A stretch of 64,000 nucleotides of DNA from Amphiscolops sp. MND2022 (GCA_964187785.1 OZ076409.1:32738001-32802000), one strand, 5' to 3'; shown: positions 37,114 to 50,389, counted from the first letter of the stretch. The notes: a model not told the origin generated them from the letters alone. Translations and numbers: made by a program.

Positions 37114-37191
37114 GAGACCCTTCAGAGGCCACGTTCTCGGCGTGGGTCTTGTTATGGGCGACATTATGTGATCCACTAACTAAGAGCCTCT
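37114..37191 (+). ncRNA. HDV-like (CPEB3-type) self-cleaving ribozyme candidate, second copy
   Basis: GAGACCC TTC AGAGGCC ACG TTCTCGG CGT GGGTCTT G TTATGGGCGACATTATGTGATCCACTAA CTAA GAGCCTCT; same fold as 27076-27153. Confidence 0.8.
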
Positions 37192-37796
37192 TTAAAACTG
37201 AATTATACTGGGCAAAATTAATTTTTCGTTGAGATTTGTAATCTTAGCAGTTATTTGTGTCCGACAATGTTGATGGAAAACAGTTTCACAAAACAAAAAT
37301 TGTTGACGAGGAGGTTTAAGTAGTCACAAAAATACAAATAACAATTTTACCGGGTTATCAGTATTCTTTTTATGTTAAATGAAAGTAATTTCAGTTTTAT
37401 GTTATTTGAAGCTAAAAGGCTTGAAAACCAAATTTTTGCATAACTACAGTGATACTAATTGTATATACCACATTTACAACCCCCACACAGCCTCCGTTAC
37501 ACCTTGATACGAATGACCTACAGCCCAATGATACTAACGAAATGAGGATAGAACGAAGTGAACGACAAGCAGCGCGTCTTCATCGAAATATGACAGGAGA
37601 TACCTTTCAGCTACGAAACTGACTTTGACAACACTTAATCAAACCCAACTGATCATCACAGTAAGCAAACATTCAAACATAAACTTTATGGTTTGGATTT
37701 TTGTGATTATTTAAACATCAACGCATTGGAGTGAAGCATTGTAATAATACACGCGTGATTATAATGCTGTTTAAAATGGAATCGTTACGTAGAACT

Positions 37797-40700
37797 GTTA
37801 AATATATTATACAATTCAACTACAAAATTTTACACAATTCCAGTTGAACTGTGAGAGAAACGAAAGATAAATTTGTGTGAGTTTAAATATGTTTGCGATG
37901 CAACGGCATGTTGGGGATGGTGGCGCAGTTAATACTTCCCTTGGGTATGAAGTGAAGCTAGCACCGTTGTCTACCGCCGAATCGATTCCCTAACATACAC
38001 TGCTCGGTGACTCTATACAGACCACTCTGTATTACCCTGTAGTACAAAGCATCGCTACTTGGCAAAACTTCCAATACTTTGTTATTCTTTCTGAAAGTTA
38101 TTCATAATCTTTGAACACCTCCAAAACTAGTTTCAACATCAAACCTTTAACAGTTTTGAAATTAATTAAATTGAAATCAAAAATATGATTTTCTTCGCAG
38201 AAAAAACTAAACTAATTTTTTTAAGCTCTTTTGAACTAAGTGCAAACTGATCATGACAGTAAGCACAATTTTCGACCGTTACTTTTTTTGTTATTATAAT
38301 AGCTAATTATAACTGAAAAATTACAATGTCAATTACCAGAGTGTCGGTCTTTTCTTTGATTCATCACTTGGAAACTCAAATTTACTGGGTTTCGAAATTC
38401 AAAGGAATAAAGGTGGACTCTGTAATATTTTGAAAATAGGTTCAAAAGATAGCCGAGCCTTTGATCGAGGCCCTAAAAGCCCTAAAAAATCAAAATGGTT
38501 GTTTATCTGAGTTTCCCATTGCTTAGATATTGGAATTGTGTCTGCGGTAAAATATTTGATGTTTCCCAGATCAAAGTAAAACTGAAAAAACCCATAGGAG
38601 GTGCTCGAAGTCTTGAGAAGTTGTTAAGCCTGGCGAGCTCAGAAAGATCGTTTAGGACTCAAAAATCTCAAAACCTAGTTTCGACAAAAAATTCGGCTCG
38701 AAACAACTAAATATAACAAAAATGCTCAGCTGGAATTAGCTCGACTAAACTGACCACTTCCCCTGGGGCGTCGCAAACAAGAGGTGCAGGGCCTCGTGTG
38801 TTCTCGACGTCTCGAGTGAGACTTACGACACAGTGAGAATGATCTATAGAGATGAGGTATGTTTTTCATTCTCTGTTTTTTCTGAGCTTTTTATTGTTGA
38901 CGTTTTGTCTCAAAAACGACTGTTCACAGTTATCCTGGTGCATGCTTACTTTGAGGGGACCAGTACTCAGTCCGAGCTGGATGTGTTCGCCTTTTGGCAA
39001 TTGCACAAAATGCATATAAATACTTTGCATCAAAAAAAATTTAATTGAATGTCTGCATGCTTTTCGTCTTTTCTAATGAATCTGTGCTTGCACCTATTAA
39101 GTCGTCAACAAAAACTCTGTTGTCAATCTGAAAACCTCCCCCCTTATCCTTTTTTCAGGTGGTATGGAAAAAAGGCACCTGATTGTTTTTTGTGCTTCAA
39201 AACCTTCTAGAATTATTAATATTCATTCATGTCAGTATCAACATATCCAAATTCTCGCCGAAAAAGGCGGTCGACAAGAATTACTCTTCTGAACAATTCT
39301 TCAATTCTACATTTGATTTCTTGTTGTTTCGAGCCCTCTCTCAATCATAGTGTCAATTCGTCTTTATCTTCCCCGACATTCTCTACACTTCGCTTACAAT
39401 GCCACCAAGTTAGTTGTACTCTTTTGTTTTTTCTTCTTTTGAGCAACAAAATTGAATTTTTTCCGACGAAAAATTGGTAGTTGATTGGGAAACTATGTGC
39501 TTAAGGGAAAAATAGTGTTTCAACACTGTCACGTAAAGACATTACGGATAACTAATGCTCTGTAACAGAATTTGAAAAAGAAAGGGGTCAAACTAGTGAT
39601 TGGTCTGGCTCGACGTAATCAACTTCTTCCAAAGTCGAACAAAAGGGTCGATAAAGTTTTGCAGAAACAGCTCGAAAAGTGCAAATCTTTGAACGTTCAC
39701 AAGATGTGTACCAGAGGCGTCGACATGACAGACCATTTTCACTACACTGAGCAGATTTTGGAACAAACGTTGCACGATGTTCTTCAATTTGCGTCTTCAC
39801 AAAACAACTAGTAGCTAAATTACAGTTTTCATTTAACACTACTATTCTTCAAGAAAAGGCTCTTTTTCTGAATTTCTATCTAGTTTTGTATATAATCACT
39901 TACTACTTTGTTTTACGTTATAACTGTCAACAACCCCTTATCAAGGCAAAAATACGAGAAAAATGAAAAATGCTCAAAGAAGGTTTCATCGTCTTATTCT
40001 GGTTGGAATTTAAACTTAAACATGGTTGCATGGTCTCGACTCACAGGAAAACTTAGTTTCAGCAATATTTTTCAATTTAGAAAATTGAAATTTCAGTTGT
40101 CAATGGCTATCATGAATACCAATTGTCAAATAAATCATTGGAAAGACAACAAAGATCCTTCAGACTATTTGTTTTCCAAAAAAGAAAAAATCCACTCATT
40201 GGGCAAAATTTATGAAAAACTCTAAATTCACAAGGAACACTGTTCTGTTGCAAAATTTAGGCTCATTTTTCAACATTTTGTAGTCGGCGCTTCATGAAGT
40301 GAACGCGATTAATATAGTGGCTTTTCTTTTTTCTTCTTCTAGCCACACGAGCTAACCAAAATATTTCCTAAAAGTTCTACAAAAAATTATTGCACCAAAC
40401 TGCACTCTTTGGCCTAGCGAACTGAACCAAAATGGTTTTACCTGTTTTTCCGCGTAACATACCATACCGAACGAGACCAAAGAGTCCCCTTTTCAATTTT
40501 TTTCGGCACTGCGAGACGTTTTTTTTCGGAATTTTTTTCACCAAAGAGTCCCCCTGCATTTTTTTGATGTTTTGCGACAGAATGGATGTTGGAAAATCCC
40601 AAAGGGTTCCCCCTTTCAGTTTTTTCGGCATTGTGAGATTTTTTCCCGAAAATGATTTTTTTTCAATTTTTTCATGTTTTGCGACCGAGTGGATGTTGAA

Positions 40701-43660
40701 AAACCTCAAAGGGTCCCCTTTAAGGGGATATATTCAGTTAAATATATTATACAATTCAACTACAAATTTTTACACAATTCCAGTTGAACTGTGAGAGAAA
40801 CGAAAGATAAATTTGTGTGAGTTTAAATATGTTTGCGATGCAACGGCATGTTGGGGATGGTGGCGCAGTTAATACTTCCTTTGGGTATGAAGTGAAGCTA
40901 GCACCGTTGTCTACCGCCGAATCGATTCCCTAACATACACTGCTCGGTGACTCTATACAGACCACTCTGTATTACCCTGTAGTACAAAGCATCGCTACTT
41001 GGCAAAACTTCCAATACTTTGTTATTCTTTCTGAAAGTTATTCATAATCTTTGAACACCTCCAAAACTAGTTTCAACATCAAACCTTTAACAGTTTTGAA
41101 ATTAATTAAATTGAAATCAAAAATATGATTTTCTTCGCAGAAAAAACTAAACTAATTTTTTTAAGCTCTTTTGAACTAAGTGCAAACTGATCATGACAGT
41201 AAGCACAATTTTCGACCGTTACTTTTTTTGTTATTATAATAGCTAATTATAACTGAAAAATTACAATGTCAATTACCAGAGTGTCGGTCTTTTCTTTGAT
41301 TCATCACTTGGAAACTCAAATTTACTGGGTTTCGAAATTCAAAGGAATAAAGGTGGACTCTGTAATATTTTGAAAATAGGTTCAAAAGATAGCCGAGCCT
41401 TTGATCGAGGCCCTAAAAGCCCTAAAAAATCAAAATGGTTGTTTATCTGAGTTTCCCATTGCTTAGATATTGGAATTGTGTCTGCGGTAAAATATTTGAT
41501 GTTTCCCAGATCAAAGTAAAACTGAAAAAACCCATAGGAGGTGCTCGAAGTCTTGAGAAGTTGTTAAGCCTGGCGAGCTCAGAAAGATCGTTTAGGACTC
41601 AAAAATCTCAAAACCTAGTTTCGACAAAAAATTCGGCTCGAAACAACTAAATATAACAAAAATGCTCAGCTGGAATTAGCTCGACTAAATTGACCACTTC
41701 CCCTGGGGCGTCGCAAACAAGAGGTGCAGGGCCTCGTGTGTTCTCGACGTCTCGAGTGAGACTTACGACACAGTGAGAATGATCTATAGAGATGAGGTAT
41801 GTTTTTCATTCTCTGTTTTTTCTGAGCTTTTTATTGTTGACGTTTTGTCTCAAAAACGACTGTTCACAGTTATCCTGGTGCATGCTTACTTTGAGGGGAC
41901 CAGTACTCAGTCCGAGCTGGATGTGTTCGCCTTTTGGCAATTGCACAAAATGCATATAAATACTTTGCATCAAAAAAAATTTAATTGAATGTCTGCATGC
42001 TTTTCGTCTTTTCTAATGAATCTGTGCTTGCACCTATTAAGTCGTCAACAAAAACTCTGTTGTCAATCTGAAAACCTCCCCCCTTATCCTTTTTTCAGGT
42101 GGTATGGAAAAAAGGCACCTGATTGTTTTTTGTGCTTCAAAACCTTCTAGAATTATTAATATTCATTCATGTCAGTATCAACATATCCAAATTCTCGCCG
42201 AAAAAGGCGGTCGACAAGAATTACTCTTCTGAACAATTCTTCAATTCTACACTTGATTTCTTGTTGTTTCGAGCCCTCTCTCAATCATAGTGTCAATTCG
42301 TCTTTATCTTCCCCGACATTCTCTACACTTCGCTTACAATGCCACCAAGTTAGTTGTACTCTTTTGTTTTTTCTTCTTTTGAGCAACAAAATTGAATTTT
42401 TTCCGACGAAAAATTGGTAGTTGATTGGGAAACTATGTGCTTAAGGGAAAAATAGTGTTTCAACACTGTCACGTAAAGACATTACGGATAACTAATGCTC
42501 TGTAACAGAATTTGAAAAAGAAAGGGGTCAAACTAGTGATTGGTCTGGCTCGACGTAATCAACTTCTTCCAAAGTCGAACAAAAGGGTCGATAAAGTTTT
42601 GCAGAAACAGCTCGAAAAGTGCAAATCTTTGAACGTTCACAAGATGTGTACCAGAGGCGTCGACATGACAGACCATTTTCACTACACTGAGCAGATTTTG
42701 GAACAAACGTTGCACGATGTTCTTCAATTTGCGTCTTCACAAAACAACTAGTAGCTAAATTACAGTTTTCATTTAACACTACTATTCTTCAAGAAAAGGC
42801 TCTTTTTCTGAATTTCTATCTAGTTTTGTATATAATCACTTACTACTTTGTTTTACGTTATAACTGTCAACAACCCCTTATCAAGGCAAAAATACGAGAA
42901 AAATGAAAAATGCTCAAAGAAGGTTTCATCGTCTTATTCTGGTTGGAATTTAAACTTAAACATGGTTGCATGGTCTCGACTCACAGGAAAACTTAGTTTC
43001 AGCAATATTTTTCAATTTAGAAAATTGAAATTTCAGTTGTCAATGGCTATCATGAATACCAATTGTCAAATAAATCATTGGAAAGACAACAAAGATCCTT
43101 CAGACTATTTGTTTTCCAAAAAAGAAAAAATCCACTCATTGGGCAAAATTTATGAAAAACTCTAAATTCACAAGGAACACTGTTCTGTTGCAAAATTTAG
43201 GCTCATTTTTCAACATTTTGTAGTCGGCGCTTCATGAAGTGAACGCGATTAATATAGTGGCTTTTCTTTTTTCTTCTTCTAGCCACACGAGCTAACCAAA
43301 ATATTTCCTAAAAGTTCTACAAAAAATTATTGCACCAAACTGCACTCTTTGGCCTAGCGAACTGAACCAAAATGGTTTTACCTGTTTTTCCGCGTAACAT
43401 ACCATACCGAACGAGACCAAAGAGTCCCCTTTTCAATTTTTTTCGGCACTGCGAGACGTTTTTTTTCGGAATTTTTTTCACCAAAGAGTCCCCCTGCATT
43501 TTTTTGATGTTTTGCGACAGAATGGATGTTGGAAAATCCCAAAGGGTTCCCCCTTTCAGTTTTTTCGGCATTGTGAGATTTTTTCCCGAAAATGATTTTT
43601 TTTTCAATTTTTTCATGTTTTGCGACCGAGTGGATGTTGAAAAACCTCAAAGGGTCCCCC
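37797..43660 (+). repeat. Recent tandem duplication, period 2940 bp (37797-40720 and 40737-43660)
   Basis: ORF track repeats at offset 2940; only a handful of substitutions and a poly-T length difference seen; novel filler at the junction. Confidence 0.97.
39480..39780 (+). pseudogene. piggyBac-like transposase remnant (duplicated at +2940)
   Basis: ITDN*CSV (DN..S motif) followed by G..RRN and RGVDMTDH (GGVDxxDQ-like), broken by stops and frameshifts. Confidence 0.4.
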
Positions 43661-43881
43661 TTTCAGTTTTCCGGCATTGTGAGACTTTAGCGCGCCAGGG
43701 GCTTGCGCTAGCGGGCCCCGGCGCGCCACTCGGTCCATTTTTTTAATAGGTAATTTTTTCAAAAAAAAATTCGAAAAATTTTCGATTTTCGAGTACTGTA
43801 AAAGAATACTTGACACTTGGAAATCCTTTTGCTATTTTTGAGCCTTAGATATGGCGCCTACTTGGGCCGGTCCCGGCTTGT
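43316..43881 (+). mobile_element. Non-autonomous Helitron/Helentron-like repeat with internal subrepeats (3'-truncated copy at 40376-40720)
   Basis: Internal caaag(a/g)gtcccc repeats; GC-rich hairpin near 43690-43727; 3' hairpin GCCGGTCCCGGC followed by TTGT. Left boundary uncertain. Confidence 0.5.
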
Positions 43882-44904
43882 TGTTTTTCACCTTGACTTA
43901 ATGTAAGACTAAGATTAGCAGGTAGAGTAGCTCTTGTTTAACCTGTTTTACCACTCGACAATTTAGTACTATGCAAGATTCCGAATATCAACCATATAAA
44001 ACAAATTGTTCTTTCCACACCGAAAAGAAATTTTGCATCGGAATGTATAATTCAAAAAAATTATTTCAATTTAAAAAACGCCTCAAAAAAGGTATCCAAT
44101 CTGCTGGTCAATGCTGGAGCGTCTTGAACACAAAATGATTGTGCTTTGCAGCGGTTTAACCTTATCATTTTCTGATTGAAATTGTTGTTGATGGAAGCAA
44201 TGATTTACATATTCACACAGCTTTTACTGACGTGGAACGTATATTTGCCTATGAGACACATTTTGGAGCCCAATCCTAATAAGGGAAGTAAAAAATCAGC
44301 AACAAACGACAAGTGGAAAATTGAACAGTCTGTCTCCTACCGCTACCTTTACTGCAATCAATCAGTGCTCAAGTTAAAGTTGATACAGCAAAAAATGCTC
44401 CGACGACGACTACAAGCAAGAGGAAGAAGGAGAAAGCACTGACGAGGACGACCAAAGTGTTTTTGACTTGACAGCTTCTGGTCCGCCACAACTGCCCCGT
44501 CAATACGCTTTTGATTTAGTGTTGGAAACGTAGTAGGACTGGAAAGAAACTCATTGTACACAATCAGGTTGTTTGAGTCTGGAATTGATATGAAAATTCA
44601 TTGATTGGTTTGGAAAGCACGCTAGTGCCCATTACTGAGAATCATTTGGGAACGTAAGAGTACGAAGAATCTAAACGATCCTATTAGTGTATATCCAACA
44701 CTACAGATAGCAATGCAGAAACTACAGCATCGGCGGATGTCGACGACGACAAAGATTGTCGCCAACTAAAAGAAAAGAAGAAACTGAAGAGGGTAAAGCT
44801 GATGACTGGTCCAGCAGCAGCAGCAGTGAAATTGAATGAGTGAGTGAGTGAACGACTCTCATTCAATCAAATTCTTTTTTACAATCCTGTTCCTCGAAAC
44901 AAGG

Positions 44905-45850
44905 ACTGCCTTTTATATTGATCTACTGTCTAATGCTAGTTTGGACTTTCATCCATTTATTACGTTGGCATTTTTTCGAACTGAATGTCAAATCCAATTA
45001 ATTTGAGCAGAGGAAGTGAATGGGAAGTTGCACCCACAGACATTTCATTCACAAACCGAGTATACAATGTCACCGACGGCGAACTCATTCTTGACCATAT
45101 TCCTACACCGGTTCTTCAACGATATCGTAGTGTTGTGAACAAACCAGATGCCTTCAATAAGGAAATTATAAAAAAGTATTCGGTTCTTCAACGATATCGT
45201 GTTGTTGTGAACAAACCAGATGCCTTCAATAAGGAAATTATAAAAAGGTATTTTTGAATCATTGTCGTATTTTTAGCATTCCGAAGGTTTGCTACCTTGA
45301 AATTCGTCAAATTGTTGACGCAATGATTTCTCAAATAGCTATTATTACAAACATGGAGAGAACAATCACTTTTGCCTACAACGAGGAAACTTTGAACCTT
45401 TCATTCAGCTCCGAAAGAACTACAGAAGGACAGAGCCGCGTGAACTTCAAAATCCAAAGTCAAGAACTGTCTCAATCTTTGGAGTGGGAACAGATGCTGT
45501 GTACTGTGAAGACAACCAAATCATTGTTCCCTACCATTGTGATATTGCACGTTTTCACACAAATTTTGTATACAGTGATATTGTAGACTCAAGTAATGTG
45601 AGCAACGTGAAGAATCAACTTTTACGCGCCTTCACATTTCGTCAACTAACGAAAAATGAGGATTTGGTTATGATATACTCTTACGACAACCGAGCTTTCT
45701 CTAACTTGCAGAATCGCAATGTTTGTTTGTACAATTTCAATTGTGTACAGATTGAAATTCGAGACATGGACTGAAAATTATTTCCTTTTACCAGTTTGGG
45801 TCTTGTAGTTTAAATTTTACAATTTCGCAAAAAAACTGCCTGTAGTTTTT
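44905..45850 (+). pseudogene. Polinton minor capsid protein (penton), frameshifted
   Basis: LLSNASLDFHP...SNPINLSRGSEWEVAPTDISF..YNV N-terminal motif; FVYSDIV..VSNVKNQLLR..IEIRD..LQFRK C-terminal motif; 72-bp internal duplication at 45109/45181. Confidence 0.85.
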
Positions 45851-45929
45851 GAAATAGGTAGGAGAGTAAAAGAATGTTTTTACAAACAATGTTCTTTCTA
45901 TAAACAATTACAAAACAATTGAGACAATT

Positions 45930-46318
45930 CAAATATTGTTCGCTACATTAGATGTTTCATCAAACAAGTTCCATGCAAAATAAATACAATAGAGACCACA
46001 CAATGAATCGACCTGCTTCATTGAAGTGTTCGAAGGAAGGAAAAAGGTTTTCTTCTATTCTGGTGGTGGTAGTCGGGTAAACAACATTGGGTACTGAATC
46101 AAACTTGTTGCTTCCGGGGAACCTCCAAAATAATGAAAACTATTGGATAAGTTGATCAACGTTTTCCCATGTCCGTCATTGTCTGTAGTGGTGTTTACAA
46201 TTTGAAAATGGTCTTTTGGCATTGGGAAATTGCAAGCATTGGGGCCGAAGCAACACAAGTATTGACACTTTAATGCGGGAATATTCGAAATGACTTGTAG
46301 AAAGGCTGCACTATCCAT
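45930..46318 (-). pseudogene. Polinton adenain-like cysteine protease, frameshifted
   Basis: QIVNT...GH(W)..YF(D)S-like segment, then QVDSLCGLYCIYFA catalytic Cys motif near 46020-45975. Confidence 0.8.
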
Positions 46319-47580
46319 GTTTCAACACTTCTCCTGTATGATCAATTTGACCTTTCGTAAATCGTTCTCCCAGCACAAACAGCTCCAAAAGCGTGCTAGT
46401 GTTAGTCGCAAACTCGCGCTCGTGCCGTATTAGTGCTCCCACATATTCGGGGTAGTAAATTTCTTGATTGCACTGTTGTGTGGAGACAAGGTCGAAAACT
46501 AAATAATTATGATTTTCATAAGTGTCCAACTTGATTCATTGACCGTCTTGATCAAATAGTACGTTTTGAACAGTCTTGAAGTAAAGTTGAGAATTGAAAC
46601 TTGTGCTGTATTCCACCACTGGTACACCCTCTGCAAAACTCGCACTTTCCTCCAATTGTCTTCGTGGAAAGCAAGCGGAGTGTCTGTCCACCGTCCAGTA
46701 AACTGATTGTTGGGACACATGGCCAGTACCATGCGTCTGCATTGAAAACATTTTCACGAATAAAATGACTTTGGTCCTTTGGAACTACAAATGTCTTGCT
46801 GCGAACTTCAAAAAAATTGTATCTAGCAGGCCACTTGAGCAGAGATCGTTGTAAATTGACCTGACAGTTTTCAGCAACAATGTAGTAACGAGCAAAAATT
46901 GACACTCGTCTACTTTTTGGAGTGAAGGCAGGGTTGGTGACAGCACTTTCCAGCAAGTGATCAGGCTTGTTTCTCGTCAGTCGAATTCGCATAGAACAAT
47001 TGAGAATGAGAAGTTGATCACCAGACTTGAAATCCACCGCCAGTTTTTGAAGCGGATACTAGGGTCCATGTTTCTCGGTGGGCATGCATATCACTGGTAG
47101 CGGGCTCGAAATGAAAGCCCTGTCTAGTGAGATTTGTTGTGGCACAGCCCTGTGTGTTGGACAGTTCAGTTTTAACAAAAGCTCTCTGTGCATACAAATT
47201 AAAGGACGTGTGTACAATTTCATTGTTGAATAAAATGTCACAATTGGAAAAGAAGGAGTGTAGTGTGTTGTTGATGAAGCTGACTTTGTCGATTGCTTTG
47301 GCTACAGTGTTCCCCCAGCCAATTTCGGTATTGCCATTTGCGCCTTTTCCAATTTTTGACTCCAACGTCAATTCAAGGCTTTGCAAATGCAAGTAAATGA
47401 TTCGATCAGTTGTGAGTGCAAACTCAAAAACTGGTGCATCGTGTGCGGTGACTGGCAACGTTTCTTGTTCAAAGAAATTCTCAAAAGACACAAACACTTC
47501 TGGTTTAGAAAAAATATCTAGGCTAGAGTAGTTTGCCGGTTTAGGTATTATGTGCGCTGCCGCTGCAGTTGTCGTCATTG
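46311..47580 (-). pseudogene. Polinton major capsid protein (double jelly-roll), frameshifted
   Basis: SLDIFSKP...FEF...YLHL...FINNTLHSFFSNCDILFNNEIV..NLYAQRAFVKTEL; IRLTRN; YLVFDL; over several frames. Confidence 0.9.
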
Positions 47581-47639
47581 TTTTGAAATTGACCGTCAAC
47601 GCAAGTTTTAAAAAATGTCAATCTTTTCAAGTTTTTGAG

Positions 47640-48290
47640 CCTTACTCAAAATCACATGTTTTTTTAACCTTCAACTGTACCATACCCTTTAAGTGATTCA
47701 CACGGTCGTTGAGAGTTTTTACAAAGTCTGGCAACTTGTCAATACAGCGCCACATCCATTCCTCTTGGAGATACCGAACAATTCGGGCCTTCAAAGTTCA
47801 AATGGCAGGCCCATCAAACGCTGCTTTTCTACCGCTGAACAAATGTTTTTGGTTTATTCCAACAGTTTTAGAAAACTTGAAAAATTCTCCCTCAACTTCT
47901 CGACCTTGATCTGTCCAAGTTTTGTTGGGATGTACTGTTGGACATTTATTTAACATGGTAACTAGACCATCTTTCACTGCAGCAGATGTCAGTCGCTTCA
48001 GTGGTTCCACTCTCAAGTAGCGTGACTATACACCCTAGTGAAAAATTTACACCATCGTTTGGCTTGGCAATTTTGTCGACGTAAGCAACGTCTATGCACC
48101 AAATGTAGTTAATGTCGAAAGCAAGTGTCGTCAATAAAAGATGAGATTTACGCTGGGGAATGCAAAATTTGGTGTAGGAGCTTTTATCTTGCAAAAAGAT
48201 AAACTTTTTTGATGACAATTTGGTAGCTTTTTGAAGGGATTGGCGCGATCCATACTCCGAGAAGCCACTCTTCAAAACTTTCTGCAACAA
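47640..48290 (-). pseudogene. Polinton rve-type integrase, frameshifted
   Basis: YGS..L..FLQ...YT...INYIWCIDVAYV...NDG; VEPLK; WTDQGRE; KAAF..RTLKARI motifs. Confidence 0.9.
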
Positions 48291-48306
48291 CGTTTTTTTG
48301 TCTTTT

Positions 48307-48573
48307 TCAAAATTGATTATTGCATCCTTGACTAAATACCATTCCTTTTGTTCTTTTCTTTGCTGAACGTTGCCCTGCTGCTGCTACTGTTCGGGAATTT
48401 TGCAATCTATATAAAAATGTGCTGAGAGGAAAGTCTGTGTCGGAACTTTTCAGACTAAATGTACCTTCTTTTGTCAGTTTTAGTTTCGGATTAGACAAAA
48501 TTTTGTCGTATAAGGAAGCGCTGCGTCTTTGAGTCGTTTCGCTTCCACCCACATCCAACAAATATGGCTCCAT
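48307..48573 (-). CDS. Polinton accessory ORF, unknown function
   Basis: 88-aa ATG ORF directly upstream of and co-oriented with the integrase. Confidence 0.35.
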   Translation of the reverse strand: MEPYLLDVGGSETTQRRSASLYDKILSNPKLKLTKEGTFSLKSSDTDFPLSTFLYRLQNSRTVAAAGQRSAKKRTKGMVFSQGCNNQF

Positions 48574-50389
48574 TTGACGATCAAAATCCTTTGTTGTACT
48601 ACCACTATAACTACTGCTGCTACTACTACTTTATAACGGTGCCAAGTTAGAGAAAAATGTATTAATAGCAGGACAATTCAAATTTCGAAATTAATATCAG
48701 TGACAGTTTAAGATAAATTTACTACCAAGTACTAAGACATAAATTGGCATTTAGACCTTGCTACCGAAGTGTTATCAGGAACAATATAAAAACTTATCAG
48801 AGTCTAAAACTTGCAATACGGAAAAACTGATTAAAACTACTTTCAAGTTTTATGCCCAACCCTCATAGTGCTAAAAACGCAAAAGAGTGGACCTTTTGGT
48901 CACTTATTCCATCCAATTAGGTGCAGAAAATCGAAATAATCTAAGAGGGGACCCTTTGGTGACATCAAAAAGACTGATAATCTCAACTTTCTCTGCCAAT
49001 CACACTCTCATTACGAAATCATGTATTTGCGTGTATGAAATCATGTAAGTTCATGTGTTCCGTTTTTTAGGGTTCACCTAGTGGACCTCTTGACCAGTCA
49101 TTTTCTTCTCACTTTCAATCGGTGTAAGCATTTTCGCTTCTGAGAAGTGTAACAAATTTGAATGGTTGACAGGAGCGTTTGAAAAGTTTGTTGACAAATA
49201 TTTAGAGCTCTGAGAGCGCAAAAATTTTGTACGTTCCGTTTTTTGGTTCACGTAGTAGATTTAATTTAATTTTAGATCTATCTCATTTCTTTCAGGTCAT
49301 TTTCAGTAACGAACTCAATGGTACATACCCCCATCTGTATCTTTCTTGTATGAAATAAATTGACCAGTCGTTTCGTTACCAGGTGTTATCAGGGACGATT
49401 TAAAAATTAATCAGAGTCTAGTAATTGAATCCCGGAAGAACTAATTTCAACTGTTTTCAAAATTTATTTGTAAATTATTGAAAAAGGAATCAAATAAAAC
49501 AACCACAAAAACTTACTAAACAACTCATCAATTTGATAAGTAACAGCTAGAGGGTGGTTTCAAACCCAATCTCAACCCCAACCCCAACCATTCTCTTTGC
49601 TCTCAATACCTTGCTTTTTTTCCAGAACACCTGGGTAGCTGTTTTTATTTTGGCATAAATTCTGGAGCATTGCGCATTCGTGAGGTCATATCCTCTTCCT
49701 TGGATTCTCCGCTTAACCTCACTCTCTGCAACTGTGCCTCAGGATTTCGAGAAAAAGCAGGCATGCTTTTTTGATCTTCTGTTCAATTGGGGGCATTGGT
49801 TTTCACTCTGAAGTTCGTCAGTGATTTCAACTATTTTTCAATCGGGGTTGGGTATCGAGTTGTCACAGTCATGTCTAAAGTGGTCGAGAAGAGAGTCGGT
49901 GGAAGATGGCACTGTTGAACTTGCTTTGGTTTTGGAATTTTCGTTGGAGAAATTCTCGGTTTTGTTTTTCTCGAGAGGGGAAATTGGAGCTCCGTTGACT
50001 ATCTTTTTAGACCGGAGTGTTCGTTTTGACGCTTCTATAGGGATTTCTTCATTTCACCCTTTGGTACTTTTCTGCACTGTTGACGCTTCTATTGGAAATT
50101 CTTCATTTCTCCCTTGTGTTCTTTTCTGCACTGGATTTTTCGGGGCTTCTGGACACCTTATTACAAGTTGGCTTCTCAAAGTCCGGGGCATAATTAAAAC
50201 AATAAAGTCAATAAAGTTGAATGCAGACTGGTATAATGATTTTAGGATTTTACAATTGTCGAAATTAGCTGAATTTGAACGTTGATGAAGTTACAGTGAA
50301 GTTGAGTTGAGAAGTAGTAACAAATTTGATTGAGTTACTCTAAATTGGGTTCCTAAACTGGTCTTTCAATTGCATCTAGAATTTTAACT

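Noticed and set aside
27076..37191. The 78-bp inverted pair as TIRs of a 10 kb DNA transposon
   Set aside because: No TSD or transposase; conservation follows a ribozyme fold; the right copy lies inside the Polinton boundary.
38495..43816. Numerous 60-124 aa ORFs in the duplicated block
   Set aside because: Low-complexity or repeat-derived frames; they appear twice only because of the tandem duplication.
49560..50290. 154-aa plus-strand ORF, and a possible LINE ORF1-like remnant on the minus strand
   Set aside because: The plus ORF looks like an antisense shadow; the minus-strand similarity is too weak and broken to call.
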